From: Abditibacteriaceae bacterium
GTDB taxonomy: Bacteria > Armatimonadota > Abditibacteriia > Abditibacteriales > Abditibacteriaceae
Assembly: GCA_031372065.1 (NCBI GenBank)
Contig: JANMKN010000250.1
Coordinates: 1-58,228 of the forward strand
Direction: 5' to 3'
DNA: 58,228 bases
Part shown: piece by piece, positions 28,072 to 37,687 of the stretch
How positions within the stretch are numbered: the first letter of the stretch is position 1
Layout of the letters: each line of letters starts with the position of its first letter
The notes under the pieces: model-generated
Told to the model about the DNA's origin: nothing
The model's database searches: none
Seen by the model: the letters and a program-made list of their open reading frames with translations, nothing else
Program-made: the position numbers and the translations under genes

Positions 28072-29064
28072 TTAAGCCGCGCGGCCCAAATCGCGCGCCA
28101 TACGCCAGATCAGAAAACGCGCCATTGCGTTGACTACGATGGTAATGCCAAATAGCACCAGCGCCAAATACATTAACGCCGAAACTTGCTGACCGCTGGC
28201 TTCGGCAAACTGATTTGCCAACGCGCTGGACAAGGTATTGGCCGGAGCGAGCAGCGAAATATTAGCGCCGTTACCGTTGCCAATCACCATCGTAATCGCC
28301 ATGGTTTCGCCCAACGCGCGGGCAAGCCCTAAAATAATCGCGCCGATAATGCCAGAACGCGCCGATTTCAAAATCGGGCCTTTGATGGCCTCCCAATGCG
28401 TGGCGCCAAGGCCAAAAGCCGCTTCGCGCTGCGTGGGCGGCACCGCTTTAATCACTTCGCGTGAAATGGCAGTGATGAACGGCAAAATCATGATCGCTAA
28501 AATCAAACCGCCCGCCATCATGCTGTAGCCCATCGGTGCGCCGACAAACAAAGGAATCGAGCTAAAGTGTTCACTAAGCCAACTTTGAAACGGACGCAGC
28601 GCCGGAACCATCACTAAAACGCCCCACAAACCGTAAACCACCGATGGCACGGCGGCCAAAAGTTCGACCATAAACGAAAGCGGGGTGCGCATCCATTTTG
28701 GCGACAGTTCGGCGAGAAACACCGCAGTGCCGACACCAATGGGCACAGCTAAAAGTAGCGCCAGAAAGGACGACATGAGCGTGCCGTAAATGAAAGGCCA
28801 CGCGCCGTAAACATCGGCCACCGGGTCCCATGTGGACGTGGTCAGGAACTTCCATCCAAAGGCATGAATGGCAGGCAGCGAAGTGCGCCAAAGTTGGAAA
28901 GCGATTAATACGGTAATCAGCAAAACCAAACCAGCGAAAAATGCCGTGCCCCAGTAAAAACCTGATTCAACCAGATGCGAAAGAGAAAATCCCTCGCGGC
29001 GAATTGGTTCTTTGGCAGAAGCAGCGGCGCGCGGCGGCGCGTTTTCAAAGGATTCAGCGACCAT
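28072..29064 (-). CDS. pstC: Phosphate ABC transporter permease PstC
   Basis: ELLAAVPSVVYGLWG, RALGETMA. Confidence 0.95.
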   Translation of the reverse strand: MVAESFENAPPRAAASAKEPIRREGFSLSHLVESGFYWGTAFFAGLVLLITVLIAFQLWRTSLPAIHAFGWKFLTTSTWDPVADVYGAWPFIYGTLMSSFLALLLAVPIGVGTAVFLAELSPKWMRTPLSFMVELLAAVPSVVYGLWGVLVMVPALRPFQSWLSEHFSSIPLFVGAPMGYSMMAGGLILAIMILPFITAISREVIKAVPPTQREAAFGLGATHWEAIKGPILKSARSGIIGAIILGLARALGETMAITMVIGNGNGANISLLAPANTLSSALANQFAEASGQQVSALMYLALVLFGITIVVNAMARFLIWRMARDLGRAA

Positions 29065-29086
29065 AGTGTTTGCTTTTTACAGGCAT

Positions 29087-30163
29087 TTATTGAATCGAAT
29101 CAATGGCTTTTTCGTTGATGGCAACGAGTTCGTCGGGCAACGCTGCGTAGTGCAGTTCAGGCGCCATTTTTTCGCCGTCTTTCATGGCCCAATGCAGCAA
29201 ATCTTTAAGGGCGGCGGCTTTCTTGGGGTCGTCCATTTTCTTGTAAGCCAGAATGTAGGTGAACCCGGCAATCGGATAAGCGCCCTCGCCTGCGGCGTTC
29301 ATAATTGGAGCGCGCACGTCTTTTTTGACGGCTTCTAAAGCGCCTTTGGCCGCAGCGGTTGTGCTTTCGGCTGATGGCTCGACAAATTTTCCGGCATTAT
29401 TTTTCACCGAGGCGTAAGACAGGCCATTTTCCAGCGCATAAGTCAATTCAACATAGCCAAAGCCGCCGGGAGACTTAATCACGCCGGTCACGCCGTCGTT
29501 ACCTTTACCGCCCAAACCAACCGGCCATTGAACCGATTTGCCGGAACCGACTTTGGTCTTCCATTCGGGCGACACAGCTTCAAGATAATTAGTGAACAAA
29601 TAGGTTGTGCCACTGCCATCTGAACGATGGGCAATGGTGAACGGCGTATCTGGCAGTTTCAAACCGGTATTCAAAGCAGCGATTTTAGGATCGTTCCATT
29701 TCTTGATTTTGCCCAGGAAAATGTCGGCGATAGTCGGGCCATCCAGCTTCAAGCCTTTGACATCGGGCAGATTGTAAGCCAGCACCACTGCGCCCGCGAC
29801 AGTGGGAATATGCAGCACTTCGGACGGCATTTCTTTGAGGTCTTTGTCTTTGAGCGGCGCATCACTGGCACCGAAATCAACGGTTTTCGCCTTGAGTTGC
29901 TTGATGCCCGCGCCCGAACCAACCGATTGATAGTTGACCGCTGTGCCTTTAGCCATTTTGTAGGCATCGAACCATTTCGAATAAATCGGATAGGGAAACG
30001 TCGCGCCTGCGCCCGTCAATTCGATACCGGACGATGGCGCGCCTGTGGCCGCTGTTGTCCCAGAATCTCCGTTTTGCGCGGTTTGTTCTCGCCCGCCGCA
30101 GCCGGACAAAACGATAGCGGCTCCGACAGCTAAAGTTCCAGCTCCTAAAGTGAATTTTTTCAT
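29087..30163 (-). CDS. pstS: Phosphate-binding lipoprotein PstS
   Basis: Lipobox LSGC; GAGATFPYP, GSGAG, DFGASD, HRSDGSGT. Confidence 0.95.
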   Translation of the reverse strand: MKKFTLGAGTLAVGAAIVLSGCGGREQTAQNGDSGTTAATGAPSSGIELTGAGATFPYPIYSKWFDAYKMAKGTAVNYQSVGSGAGIKQLKAKTVDFGASDAPLKDKDLKEMPSEVLHIPTVAGAVVLAYNLPDVKGLKLDGPTIADIFLGKIKKWNDPKIAALNTGLKLPDTPFTIAHRSDGSGTTYLFTNYLEAVSPEWKTKVGSGKSVQWPVGLGGKGNDGVTGVIKSPGGFGYVELTYALENGLSYASVKNNAGKFVEPSAESTTAAAKGALEAVKKDVRAPIMNAAGEGAYPIAGFTYILAYKKMDDPKKAAALKDLLHWAMKDGEKMAPELHYAALPDELVAINEKAIDSIQ

Positions 30164-30193
30164 GTTTTCTCCTGATGTTTTTCAAGAGAAAGG

Positions 30194-30233
30194 TTAGGAA
30201 CGCCAGATTAAGAAAAATTTAAGAAAAGGTTAA
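30194..30233 (-). promoter_or_regulatory. Putative Pho box upstream of pstS
   Basis: TTAA at 30208, 30219, 30230 (11-bp period) followed by a -10-like TAACCT. Confidence 0.7.
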
Positions 30234-30245
30234 AGCGGCACTAAA

Positions 30246-30273
30246 AAAGGGCGGACCTAATGGCCCGCCCTTT
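30246..30273 (-). terminator. Terminator after the second pstS
   Basis: AAAGGGCGGACC / GGCCCGCCCTTT hairpin with T-run on the minus strand. Confidence 0.7.
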
Positions 30274-30289
30274 GAAAACGCCTTACTTT

Positions 30290-31351
30290 TTACTTCAGGT
30301 GTGCTAAGTTCAAAGCAACAACCGATTTTGGCAACGGCGCATAGTTGAGATCTTTGGCATAAGACTGTCCCGACCCCAACGCCCATTTCAGGAAGCGCAC
30401 AACCTGCTTGCCTTTGGCAGTGTTTAAATCCTTCTTGTAAAGCAGGATATAAGTGAACCCCGAAATCGGATAAGTGGAAGCACCAGCACGATTGACGATG
30501 GAAACACGCACGTCTTTGCCCATTTCATCAGCGCCATCTACAGCAGCAGCCGTCACGCCACTCAGTGAGGGGCCAACAAATTTGCCGGCGCGGTTTTTGA
30601 TGGCCGCATAAGACAACTTATTATTGATTGCGAAGGCGTGTTCCACATAACCAATACCGCCTTTGGTGCTTTTGACAACAGCAGCCACGCCATCGCTGCC
30701 CTTGCCGCCCAAACCGGTGGGCCAGTTAACCGATTTGCCAGAGCCGACTTTGCTTTTCCATTCGGGCGACGCAGAGGCTAAATAATTGGTGAAGATAAAG
30801 CTGGTGCCGCTGGAATCAGAGCGGTGCGCGACAACAATCGGCGTGCCCGGCAAATCCACGCCGGGATTGAGCATTTTCAAGCGATTGTCATCCCATTTGG
30901 TGATTTGGCCTTGAAAAATGTCAGCCAAAGCATCGCCGGACAATTTCAAGCCTTTGGGCACGCCCGGAACGTTATAAATAACGGTCACAGCGCCTGCCAC
31001 TGTCGGAATATGTAGCACTTCGCTCGGCATGGCCTCGGCTTCGGCGTCGCTGAGTGGCGCGTCGCTGGCACCGAAATCTACCGTGCCCGCTTTGAGCTGG
31101 TTGATGCCGCCGCCCGAACCAATGGCCTGATAGTTGACGCTAACGTTGGTGAGGTCTTTATAGGTGTCGAACCACTTGGAATAGATCGGATACGGAAACG
31201 TCGCGCCCGCGCCGGTCAACTCCTGCGCCTCTGCCGCGCCAGTCAACGCCGGGCCGACAAGCGACAGCATGGTAACGCCCACAATGGCGCCTTGGAGGGC
31301 CTTTTTCAGGCCGTTTTGTTTGAACTTTTTGTTCTGAAACTTTGTTTGCAT
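30290..31351 (-). CDS. pstS: Second phosphate-binding protein PstS (Sec signal, no lipobox)
   Basis: AEA-QELTGAGATFPYP, GSGGG, DFGASD, HRSDSSGT. Confidence 0.93.
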   Translation of the reverse strand: MQTKFQNKKFKQNGLKKALQGAIVGVTMLSLVGPALTGAAEAQELTGAGATFPYPIYSKWFDTYKDLTNVSVNYQAIGSGGGINQLKAGTVDFGASDAPLSDAEAEAMPSEVLHIPTVAGAVTVIYNVPGVPKGLKLSGDALADIFQGQITKWDDNRLKMLNPGVDLPGTPIVVAHRSDSSGTSFIFTNYLASASPEWKSKVGSGKSVNWPTGLGGKGSDGVAAVVKSTKGGIGYVEHAFAINNKLSYAAIKNRAGKFVGPSLSGVTAAAVDGADEMGKDVRVSIVNRAGASTYPISGFTYILLYKKDLNTAKGKQVVRFLKWALGSGQSYAKDLNYAPLPKSVVALNLAHLK

Positions 31352-31386
31352 TTTTGAAAAATCCTTTCGCATAAGTCAGAAAGAAT

Positions 31387-31437
31387 TTAAGCCAATGCAA
31401 TTAACTGATTTTTAAGATTTGATTAAAAAAAGATTAA
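31387..31437 (-). promoter_or_regulatory. Putative Pho box upstream of the second pstS
   Basis: TTAA at 31401, 31412, 31423, 31434. Confidence 0.7.
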
Positions 31438-31521
31438 GCCCTATCCAAATAGACTTCGGAATTGGTGGGCGAACCTTGTGTTCGTCCAGATAGGCTCTTA
31501 GCCCGTGGTAATGCGCGCCCG

Positions 31522-31593
31522 CCTCGGACTTCGTGCAGACGAAGTCGGGGTCTGTGCAGACGAAGTCGGGGTCTGTGCAGACGAGGTCGGGGA
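31522..31593. repeat. Short 21-bp tandem repeat GTGCAGACGAAGTCGGGGTCT (about 3 copies) starting from a hairpin
   Basis: Units at 31533, 31554, 31575; preceded by inverted GACTTCGT. Confidence 0.85.
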
Positions 31594-31720
31594 AGTGAGA
31601 ATGGCTAAAAGCACCTGCGCGAATGCGGAAAAAGAACCCAACATCCTGCCCAGAGGCAAGATTTAGAGGGAAAAAGAGCTAACAAGCGACTTTTCCAACT
31701 GATTCTAAAGTGGTCAAACA

Positions 31721-31752
31721 AAAAGGGACAGGCCAAGAGGCCTGTCCCTTTT
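31721..31752 (-). terminator. Terminator after the porin gene
   Basis: AAAAGGGACAGGCC-AAGA-GGCCTGTCCCTTTT. Confidence 0.85.
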
Positions 31753-31772
31753 CCCATCCGACAAACGAATTT

Positions 31773-33014
31773 TTAGAAAGCCACTTGGCCTTGAACAATC
31801 AGCGCAGTGGAATCGTTGGCTAAACCGCCCAATCCCGCACCAGAGGCGCCAGCAATCGGAGCCGCTACACCAGTGCCGTTGCGATGCACAATGTTGGCCT
31901 GAATTTTGGCATTGTTGCCTTTGATGTAGTAATTCATGCCCAGCGAAATGTCCTTCACCGTAAAACCGGGGTTGTTGCGATCCACGTCCATATAGTCGTA
32001 ACGCGCAATACCCTGAAGTTTCGGGGTGAAGTTATAGCCAAGAGTGCCATAAGCCGAGCGCACATCGCGCGTGGCGCCGCCACCCAACGGCTGCGAATCG
32101 CCTTGCAAGAGTTCGGCAAAAGCCAACCACTTGTCTTTATTATAAGTCGCAAAGGCGTTGATGATCTGACGGTCATTGCGTGGCGCAGCGCCTGTGCTGC
32201 CTTTGCCACCACTAATACCAACCATGAAGCCGGGCATACTTTTCGGCTTCAATGAAACGCGGCCAATAATAGCTTTGGCATCGGAGGCAGCCGTGGTGTT
32301 CTGGCGATCTCCAAAACCGTTATAAACGCCAGCGTCGTAGCTGACGATGCCACGCTCTCCGCGAACACGCATACCGGTTTCGCGAATGTCACCGTAGCCC
32401 CCGCCCAATGGATCACGCACGGTATACATCAAAGCACGGTTGATCAGAGGCAATGCACTCGACGAAATTTGATCGCCTTCGTAGCCAATGGGGATTTTGT
32501 ATTGCCCAGCGTCCAGATAAATGCCACCAGCTTCACTGCTGTTCATGTGGTAAGACAAGACGAGTTCTTGCAACACGTTCGATGCCTGATTGACAGAAGG
32601 CGCCGCTGGCGCCGCCGGTGTAATCAACGTTGAGGCTTTGGCGGGATCAAACATCACCCAGCCAGCAATACGGTTGGTAATTTTGCCAGAAATTTTAATT
32701 TCGGCGCGACGCAAACGAAATGTGTCGGAGACGGGCGCCGAAGGACCCTTTTGGCTAAACAGCGTGTTGGCCTGCACCTGAAGCAGGCCCGAAATTGTAG
32801 CCGGAGCTTTCGCCTTGACTGGCGGTGTCTTTTTATCGGCGCTGGCCTGATCTTTGGCAGTCAACTCCAATTTGCCTAAACGCTCGGTTAAGTCAGCGAT
32901 TTGCGCTTTGAGCGCGTCAATTTCGGCTTGTTGAGCCTGCGCGGGCAGCGTGCTCACCAGAACGGCAGCAATGGCTGCCAGTGAGACGCCATTGACTGTT
33001 TTCAGTCGGTTCAC
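31773..33014 (-). CDS. OprO/OprP-like phosphate-selective porin
   Basis: Signal peptide, short coiled coil, FRLRRAEIKISG, GQYKIP, terminal Phe (QVAF); RBS GGAGG before GTG; located in the pst cluster. Confidence 0.8.
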   Translation of the reverse strand: MNRLKTVNGVSLAAIAAVLVSTLPAQAQQAEIDALKAQIADLTERLGKLELTAKDQASADKKTPPVKAKAPATISGLLQVQANTLFSQKGPSAPVSDTFRLRRAEIKISGKITNRIAGWVMFDPAKASTLITPAAPAAPSVNQASNVLQELVLSYHMNSSEAGGIYLDAGQYKIPIGYEGDQISSSALPLINRALMYTVRDPLGGGYGDIRETGMRVRGERGIVSYDAGVYNGFGDRQNTTAASDAKAIIGRVSLKPKSMPGFMVGISGGKGSTGAAPRNDRQIINAFATYNKDKWLAFAELLQGDSQPLGGGATRDVRSAYGTLGYNFTPKLQGIARYDYMDVDRNNPGFTVKDISLGMNYYIKGNNAKIQANIVHRNGTGVAAPIAGASGAGLGGLANDSTALIVQGQVAF

Positions 33015-33114
33015 AAATTTCCTCCCAGAAATAATAGTTCCTCTCGCACGCATTTACCATCCCCATCTTGCAGGGCCGACAGTTTTTGACGAAACGAGGT
33101 GAATCGCTGAGATT

Positions 33115-33166
33115 TTAACGCAAAAAGACTTAATTTGTATTTAAGGTTAGGTTAAGACAACATTAA
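33115..33166 (-). promoter_or_regulatory. Putative Pho box upstream of the porin
   Basis: TTAA at 33130, 33141, 33152, 33163 followed by -10-like TAAAAT. Confidence 0.72.
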
Positions 33167-33191
33167 AGGGGCAAACACTAAGGGCCTCGCC

Positions 33192-33371
33192 TCATTCAAT
33201 AGGCACTGTATTACTCTTCATTTCGCTGACGACTATAACGATAGCGCCGATTAAACCAATCGGCATCAAAGCATAATTCCACACTGCATCGGAATTGGGA
33301 AAGAGCCACAAAAGTGCCCGGTTGAGGCCCGCCATAAAGAAAATAAAAGCCGATGTTTTCATAAGATTCAT
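33192..33371 (-). CDS. 59-aa small membrane protein (not in the ORF track)
   Basis: Manual translation MNLMKTSAFIFFMAGLNRALLWLFPNSDAVWNYALMPIGLIGAIVIVVSEMKSNTVPIE; two hydrophobic segments. Confidence 0.55.
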   Translation of the reverse strand: MNLMKTSAFIFFMAGLNRALLWLFPNSDAVWNYALMPIGLIGAIVIVVSEMKSNTVPIE

Positions 33372-33392
33372 AGAGATTATGAAGTAGGAATT

Positions 33393-33418
33393 TTAAGCTA
33401 ATTTTATGCTTTGATTAA
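33393..33418 (-). promoter_or_regulatory. Weak Pho-box-like repeat upstream of the small ORF
   Basis: TTAA/TTAT/TTAA at 33393, 33404, 33415, then CATAAT just before the ATG. Confidence 0.45.
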
Positions 33419-33518
33419 ATTTGGCGAGACGCGAAAAGCCAACCCATTTCTTCTTACCATTTTCTTAATGCGCCTTTGTCATTCTGTTCAAGATGACGTA
33501 ACGATGTGAGGCCGCGCT

Positions 33519-34175
33519 ATGACAATAGCCACACTTTTATGCCCTCGCTGTGGGCACAATAACATTCTCAATGCCACCCACTGTGCAAAATGCAAAATTA
33601 TGCTGCACAACCACTCCGCAGACAAAGAAGAAACGCACGAGGAATTTGAAAATAATTCGCACCCCACTCCACTGCCGTGGCTGCTGGCCGGTTGTGGCTT
33701 TGCTTTTATAGCGGCACTGCTTTTTGTGGGCACCAATCGCAACTTGCCTCCGGTGCCGAGTTCCGTGGCTTTCTTTCAACCAGTCTCCGAGCCACCACCT
33801 GAGCCGATAAACCCGGCAATCTCAACGTCCGTCGTTGCCGCGCCTTCGGCTCCGGGCGCGGTGAACCGACCACAAGCAGAATGGCTGCCTGTCGCAGAAT
33901 TTCGCGGTGACGGAGCCAGTCGTTCGCGCCCTTTCATCATCAATTCACCGCATTGGCGCGTGCGCTGGCAGGCGAAAACCACAAATGCGGCCTCCAATGG
34001 CACAAAATCGTGGTTTTATGCGTTTATTTATCGCAACGACGGCAAGCGCTTGGAGCGAATTACCAATACCGAAGCCGAATCCTCAAAAACGCTGCGCCTC
34101 GAAAAAAGCGGGACGTATTATGTGGACGTAAATGCGACGCAAGACTGGTCGCTAAAAATAGAAGAATGGCGTTAA
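33519..34175 (+). CDS. Zinc-ribbon, single-TM protein with exported beta-sandwich domain
   Basis: CPRCG...HCAKC; TM WLLAGCGFAFIAALLFVG; C-terminal WRVRW and GTYYVDV. Confidence 0.75.
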   Translation: MTIATLLCPRCGHNNILNATHCAKCKIMLHNHSADKEETHEEFENNSHPTPLPWLLAGCGFAFIAALLFVGTNRNLPPVPSSVAFFQPVSEPPPEPINPAISTSVVAAPSAPGAVNRPQAEWLPVAEFRGDGASRSRPFIINSPHWRVRWQAKTTNAASNGTKSWFYAFIYRNDGKRLERITNTEAESSKTLRLEKSGTYYVDVNATQDWSLKIEEWR

Positions 34176-34186
34176 AGCCAAGTTTT

Positions 34187-35707
34187 TCAATGCGCGAAAA
34201 TAGCGCGCGATAATTCATCTGAAGTGGTAAGACCGGCCTGTAATTTTTCGAGACCATCCTGATAAAGCGTTTTCATCCCATTCTTGATCGCAATATGTTG
34301 AATGGCATCCGCATTTTCGCGCATCATCACGGCCTGACGCACATCTTCGGTAAATTCCAGCAGTTCCATGACCGCCAAACGTCCCCGCACGCCCCGTCCA
34401 TTGCACGCTTGACAACCGGCGCCACGATACAAAAGTGCGCCCGGCGGCAGTTTCCATGTGGCTAAGGCCAGTTGATATTCTTCGCTGCTCGTATCAAGAG
34501 GTTCGCGGCACTGACGGCAAATCAAGCGCACCAAACGCTGCGCCAAAACACCGCTCAAACTTGAGGCAATCAGAAACGGCTCAATCCCCATATCTTGCAA
34601 GCGCGCCACAGCAGCAGCAGCGGAATTCGTGTGCAAAGTAGACAAAACCAAATGCCCTGTCAGCGCAGCGCGCACAGCCATTTCCGCAGTCTCAATGTCG
34701 CGGATTTCGCCGACCAAAATCACATCCGGGTCTTGCCGCAAAATCGCTCTTAAACGCGCCGCGAAGGAGTTGCCGATTTCATGCTGCACGTTGCATTGCA
34801 TGATGCCCGGCATTTCATATTCAATCGGGTCTTCCACGGTCACAATATTCTTGGCGTCATCACGTGTGGCAGCTAAAGCGGCATACAGCGTGGTAGTTTT
34901 GCCGCTACCGGTTGGGCCGGTCACCAAAATCATGCCATGTGAATGGCCGAGCAATTTCTGAAAACGATTGCGCGCTTCTTCGGTAAAGCCTAAACGCGTT
35001 AAATCGGTGACAAGCGATGACGGATCAAGCAAGCGCAAAACTAACTTTTCGCCGTAGATGCCGGGCAAAGTAGATAAACGAAAATCAATCGGCTTTCCAC
35101 CGATGCGCGCTTTAAAACGCCCATCTTGTGAGACGCGCGTTTCGGCGATATTAAGGTGCGCCATCAACTTAATGCGCGAGGTAACCGAAGGCTGCAATTC
35201 GCGTGGAATGAGGCGTCCCGCCGTTAAAGCGCCGTCCACGCGAAAGCGCGGCAATAAGCCGCCACGTTCCGGCTGCAAATGCAAGTCGGAAGCGCGCATC
35301 GAAACCGCTTGCAGCAAAAGCTGATTCGCCAACTGCACAGCTTCGCTGGCGTTGTCATCGTCTTCATCTTCTTCGTCATCGCCTTCCAACAGAACGCGAC
35401 TACCGCCCATGTAAACCGGGCCATCCTGCCCCAATCCCACTTGAGATGCAACTTTGTTTGGTTTGGAAGCAGGCGTCGAAGTGTTGTCAGAAGTAAGGTT
35501 GTTTGCAGGCGGCGAAGACGCACTTTCAGAAAAAGCGCCTTGCACATCTGTAAAACGCGAAAGTTCCTGCGGCGTAACCCAACCATTATCGAGAATGACT
35601 TGTGCTAAATTCTTATCGCCTGTGCGTTGCGACGCGGCACTATGAATCTGCGGCGCGCTTAGAAGTCCGGCCTGCACCAACGCCAACGCCAGTTTTTGAT
35701 CGCTCAT
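34187..35707 (-). CDS. GspE/PilB-family secretion/pilus assembly ATPase
   Basis: ASDLHLQP, GPTGSGKTTTLY, TVEDPIEY, LRQDPDVILVGEIRD, TGHLVLSTLHTN, CxxC pairs. Confidence 0.93.
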   Translation of the reverse strand: MSDQKLALALVQAGLLSAPQIHSAASQRTGDKNLAQVILDNGWVTPQELSRFTDVQGAFSESASSPPANNLTSDNTSTPASKPNKVASQVGLGQDGPVYMGGSRVLLEGDDEEDEDDDNASEAVQLANQLLLQAVSMRASDLHLQPERGGLLPRFRVDGALTAGRLIPRELQPSVTSRIKLMAHLNIAETRVSQDGRFKARIGGKPIDFRLSTLPGIYGEKLVLRLLDPSSLVTDLTRLGFTEEARNRFQKLLGHSHGMILVTGPTGSGKTTTLYAALAATRDDAKNIVTVEDPIEYEMPGIMQCNVQHEIGNSFAARLRAILRQDPDVILVGEIRDIETAEMAVRAALTGHLVLSTLHTNSAAAAVARLQDMGIEPFLIASSLSGVLAQRLVRLICRQCREPLDTSSEEYQLALATWKLPPGALLYRGAGCQACNGRGVRGRLAVMELLEFTEDVRQAVMMRENADAIQHIAIKNGMKTLYQDGLEKLQAGLTTSDELSRAIFAH

Positions 35708-35717
35708 CTCAGGACTT

Positions 35718-36398
35718 TTATTGATAGATTTCGTTAGCGGTTTCAGGATTGGATGCGACGGCGGCTGCGGCGACTTGTGTGGTTAAGGTTTTCTTACCGA
35801 ACTTACCCAGCTTAAAGTTGGGCATGACAAACAATATCGTAAGCAAAACAACCCAAATTCCCAAGCCATACATCGCATAACGTGCCGCATTAAGTGCCTG
35901 ACGCGGCATCTGACCAAGCAAAGTTACATAAGCCACAAAGCCCAATGGCGGGCACACCAAACTGACGGCATCTATGATCTGATTTGGCTCGTCGGCGACG
36001 TAAAACGACTGCGAGGCTATACGCAACGTGTTAGGGCCAGTGATTGGCATTGGAGATTGGTGACCATTGGCCGACGGCATTATATTGCTCATTTGGGCCG
36101 CCGCTTGCTGTGCCAGTGGACTAACGGCATTGGCCCACGGCAAGCGAGAGCCACACGACACACAATTCAATGTGGTGTAAGCGTTTTCTGTTTGGCACCT
36201 CAAACAATGCCCGCACGGTTCGCGCTCATGCATTTCGGCCTTGGCCCACGGCAAAGGCAAATTGCACTCACCACAAAGCGAGCGACTATAAGGATTCTCC
36301 GTATAACAGAGTGGACACTGCCCCATCGGCGCCTTTTCAGCGCCGGACGCGGAGGACGAGTTTGAGGAGTTACGTTGCGTAAGACTTGAATTCTTCAT
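35718..36398 (-). CDS. Double zinc-ribbon membrane protein
   Basis: Two CxxCxTEN...CxxC...LPWA repeats; two C-terminal TM segments. Confidence 0.75.
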   Translation of the reverse strand: MKNSSLTQRNSSNSSSASGAEKAPMGQCPLCYTENPYSRSLCGECNLPLPWAKAEMHEREPCGHCLRCQTENAYTTLNCVSCGSRLPWANAVSPLAQQAAAQMSNIMPSANGHQSPMPITGPNTLRIASQSFYVADEPNQIIDAVSLVCPPLGFVAYVTLLGQMPRQALNAARYAMYGLGIWVVLLTILFVMPNFKLGKFGKKTLTTQVAAAAVASNPETANEIYQ

Positions 36399-36479
36399 AA
36401 AAACTGCACGAAAACACTGCGGCATCAAAGCCCAGTGATTCGCACTTCACCATGTTTTGCTCAGTTTTAGAAAAAGAGA

Positions 36480-36505
36480 TTAACGATTATTTAAAACTAT
36501 TTTAA
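36480..36505 (-). promoter_or_regulatory. Pho-box-like repeat upstream of the zinc-ribbon/PilB operon
   Basis: TTAA at 36480, 36491, 36502. Confidence 0.55.
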
Positions 36506-36540
36506 GAACAAGTGATTTCGACCAGATAAGAGAATAATTT

Positions 36541-36577
36541 GACGGCGCCCATCTCCGGTTTGGAAGTGGGCGCCGTC
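36541..36577 (-). terminator. Hairpin after the prepilin-like gene
   Basis: GACGGCGCCCA...TGGGCGCCGTC. Confidence 0.65.
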
Positions 36578-36610
36578 TGCATTGAACCGTCAACAGTTGC
36601 CTATTTGGCT

Positions 36611-37603
36611 TTAGCCAACGGGAGTTACGCCATCAACCTTGTAAACCTTTGGCGAAGAAGTCACGCAATAGGCTTCTTTGCCCCACTTAAAGCTGTCCGG
36701 GTTGAGCGTGGATTCCAAAGTCTGTGCCTTCACATGACCATCGCAAAACAGGAAATTGATAGTCTTGTTATGACGCTTATAATTCGCATATTGGATGCGC
36801 GGCTTGGTGCCAGCCGGATTTTCTTGCGCGTCCACAGCAACGTCATACGGAGTGGCAACCAATACATGAGAGGCAGCGGCCCCACTCAATGGCTTGCCTA
36901 TACCGGCACCTACGCCACCTTGAGTCTCAGCGTCCCACGGCGTGGTTGGTGCATCCATGCTGACACCGGACGCCGGACGATGCGATTTGATCGCCGTGCC
37001 ACCACCAGAGGAAGTGCCGCCCAGATTCAGCGGATTGTCATTCATTTCCGTCAGCAAAATGACATCAGAAGCACCTTTGACGTTAGCGGAACGCACCGTG
37101 CGCAGACCGGGTTCATTGCCAGCACGCTTGCGAGGCATCACCAATTCGTTGGGGATATAAGATAAACGCCCAACCTGATTGTCCACGATGCCAGCAGATT
37201 GAGCGGTCTGTCCAGTTGCATCGCAATCGGCCTGAGCGCAGTTAGAAGGCGCAACGCCGCCGTTTTCATCGCTGGGGCAAACCCAAAGGGCTTTGTTGTT
37301 GTCCACGTAATCGGCCAGCATTCCGCTGTAATGTGTGTAGCCAGCAGCGCTGGTTGTGCCAACATTGTAGAAATAGGCTTGCGGCCACATTTCGTCGTGA
37401 TCTTTCTGATAAAGCGCCACAGCAGTGCCAATTTGCTTCATGTTGTTTAAGCAAACTGAACCGCGTGCGGCTTCACGAGCGCGTCCGAAGACTGGCAAAA
37501 GAATACCGGCGAGCAAAGCGATGATCGCTATTACGACCAAAAGTTCGATGAGCGTGAAACCGCCACGCTTCTGTGGGTTACGGCTGATGATTGTGTTCTT
37601 CAT
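36611..37603 (-). CDS. Prepilin-type N-terminal methylation / DUF1559 / H-X9-DG protein
   Basis: [33 protein letters not shown]...[33 protein letters not shown]. Confidence 0.92.
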   Translation of the reverse strand: MKNTIISRNPQKRGGFTLIELLVVIAIIALLAGILLPVFGRAREAARGSVCLNNMKQIGTAVALYQKDHDEMWPQAYFYNVGTTSAAGYTHYSGMLADYVDNNKALWVCPSDENGGVAPSNCAQADCDATGQTAQSAGIVDNQVGRLSYIPNELVMPRKRAGNEPGLRTVRSANVKGASDVILLTEMNDNPLNLGGTSSGGGTAIKSHRPASGVSMDAPTTPWDAETQGGVGAGIGKPLSGAAASHVLVATPYDVAVDAQENPAGTKPRIQYANYKRHNKTINFLFCDGHVKAQTLESTLNPDSFKWGKEAYCVTSSPKVYKVDGVTPVG

Positions 37604-37687
37604 TAATTCATTTCTCCTCGGCGTTTTTTCTCCCCCTTGCGAGGAGCAGCGCCACAAGAAATGATAGTCCACGGGGTGCGTCACAAC

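Noticed and set aside
36539..37165. 208-aa plus-strand ORF
   Set aside because: Antisense shadow of the DUF1559 prepilin-like gene
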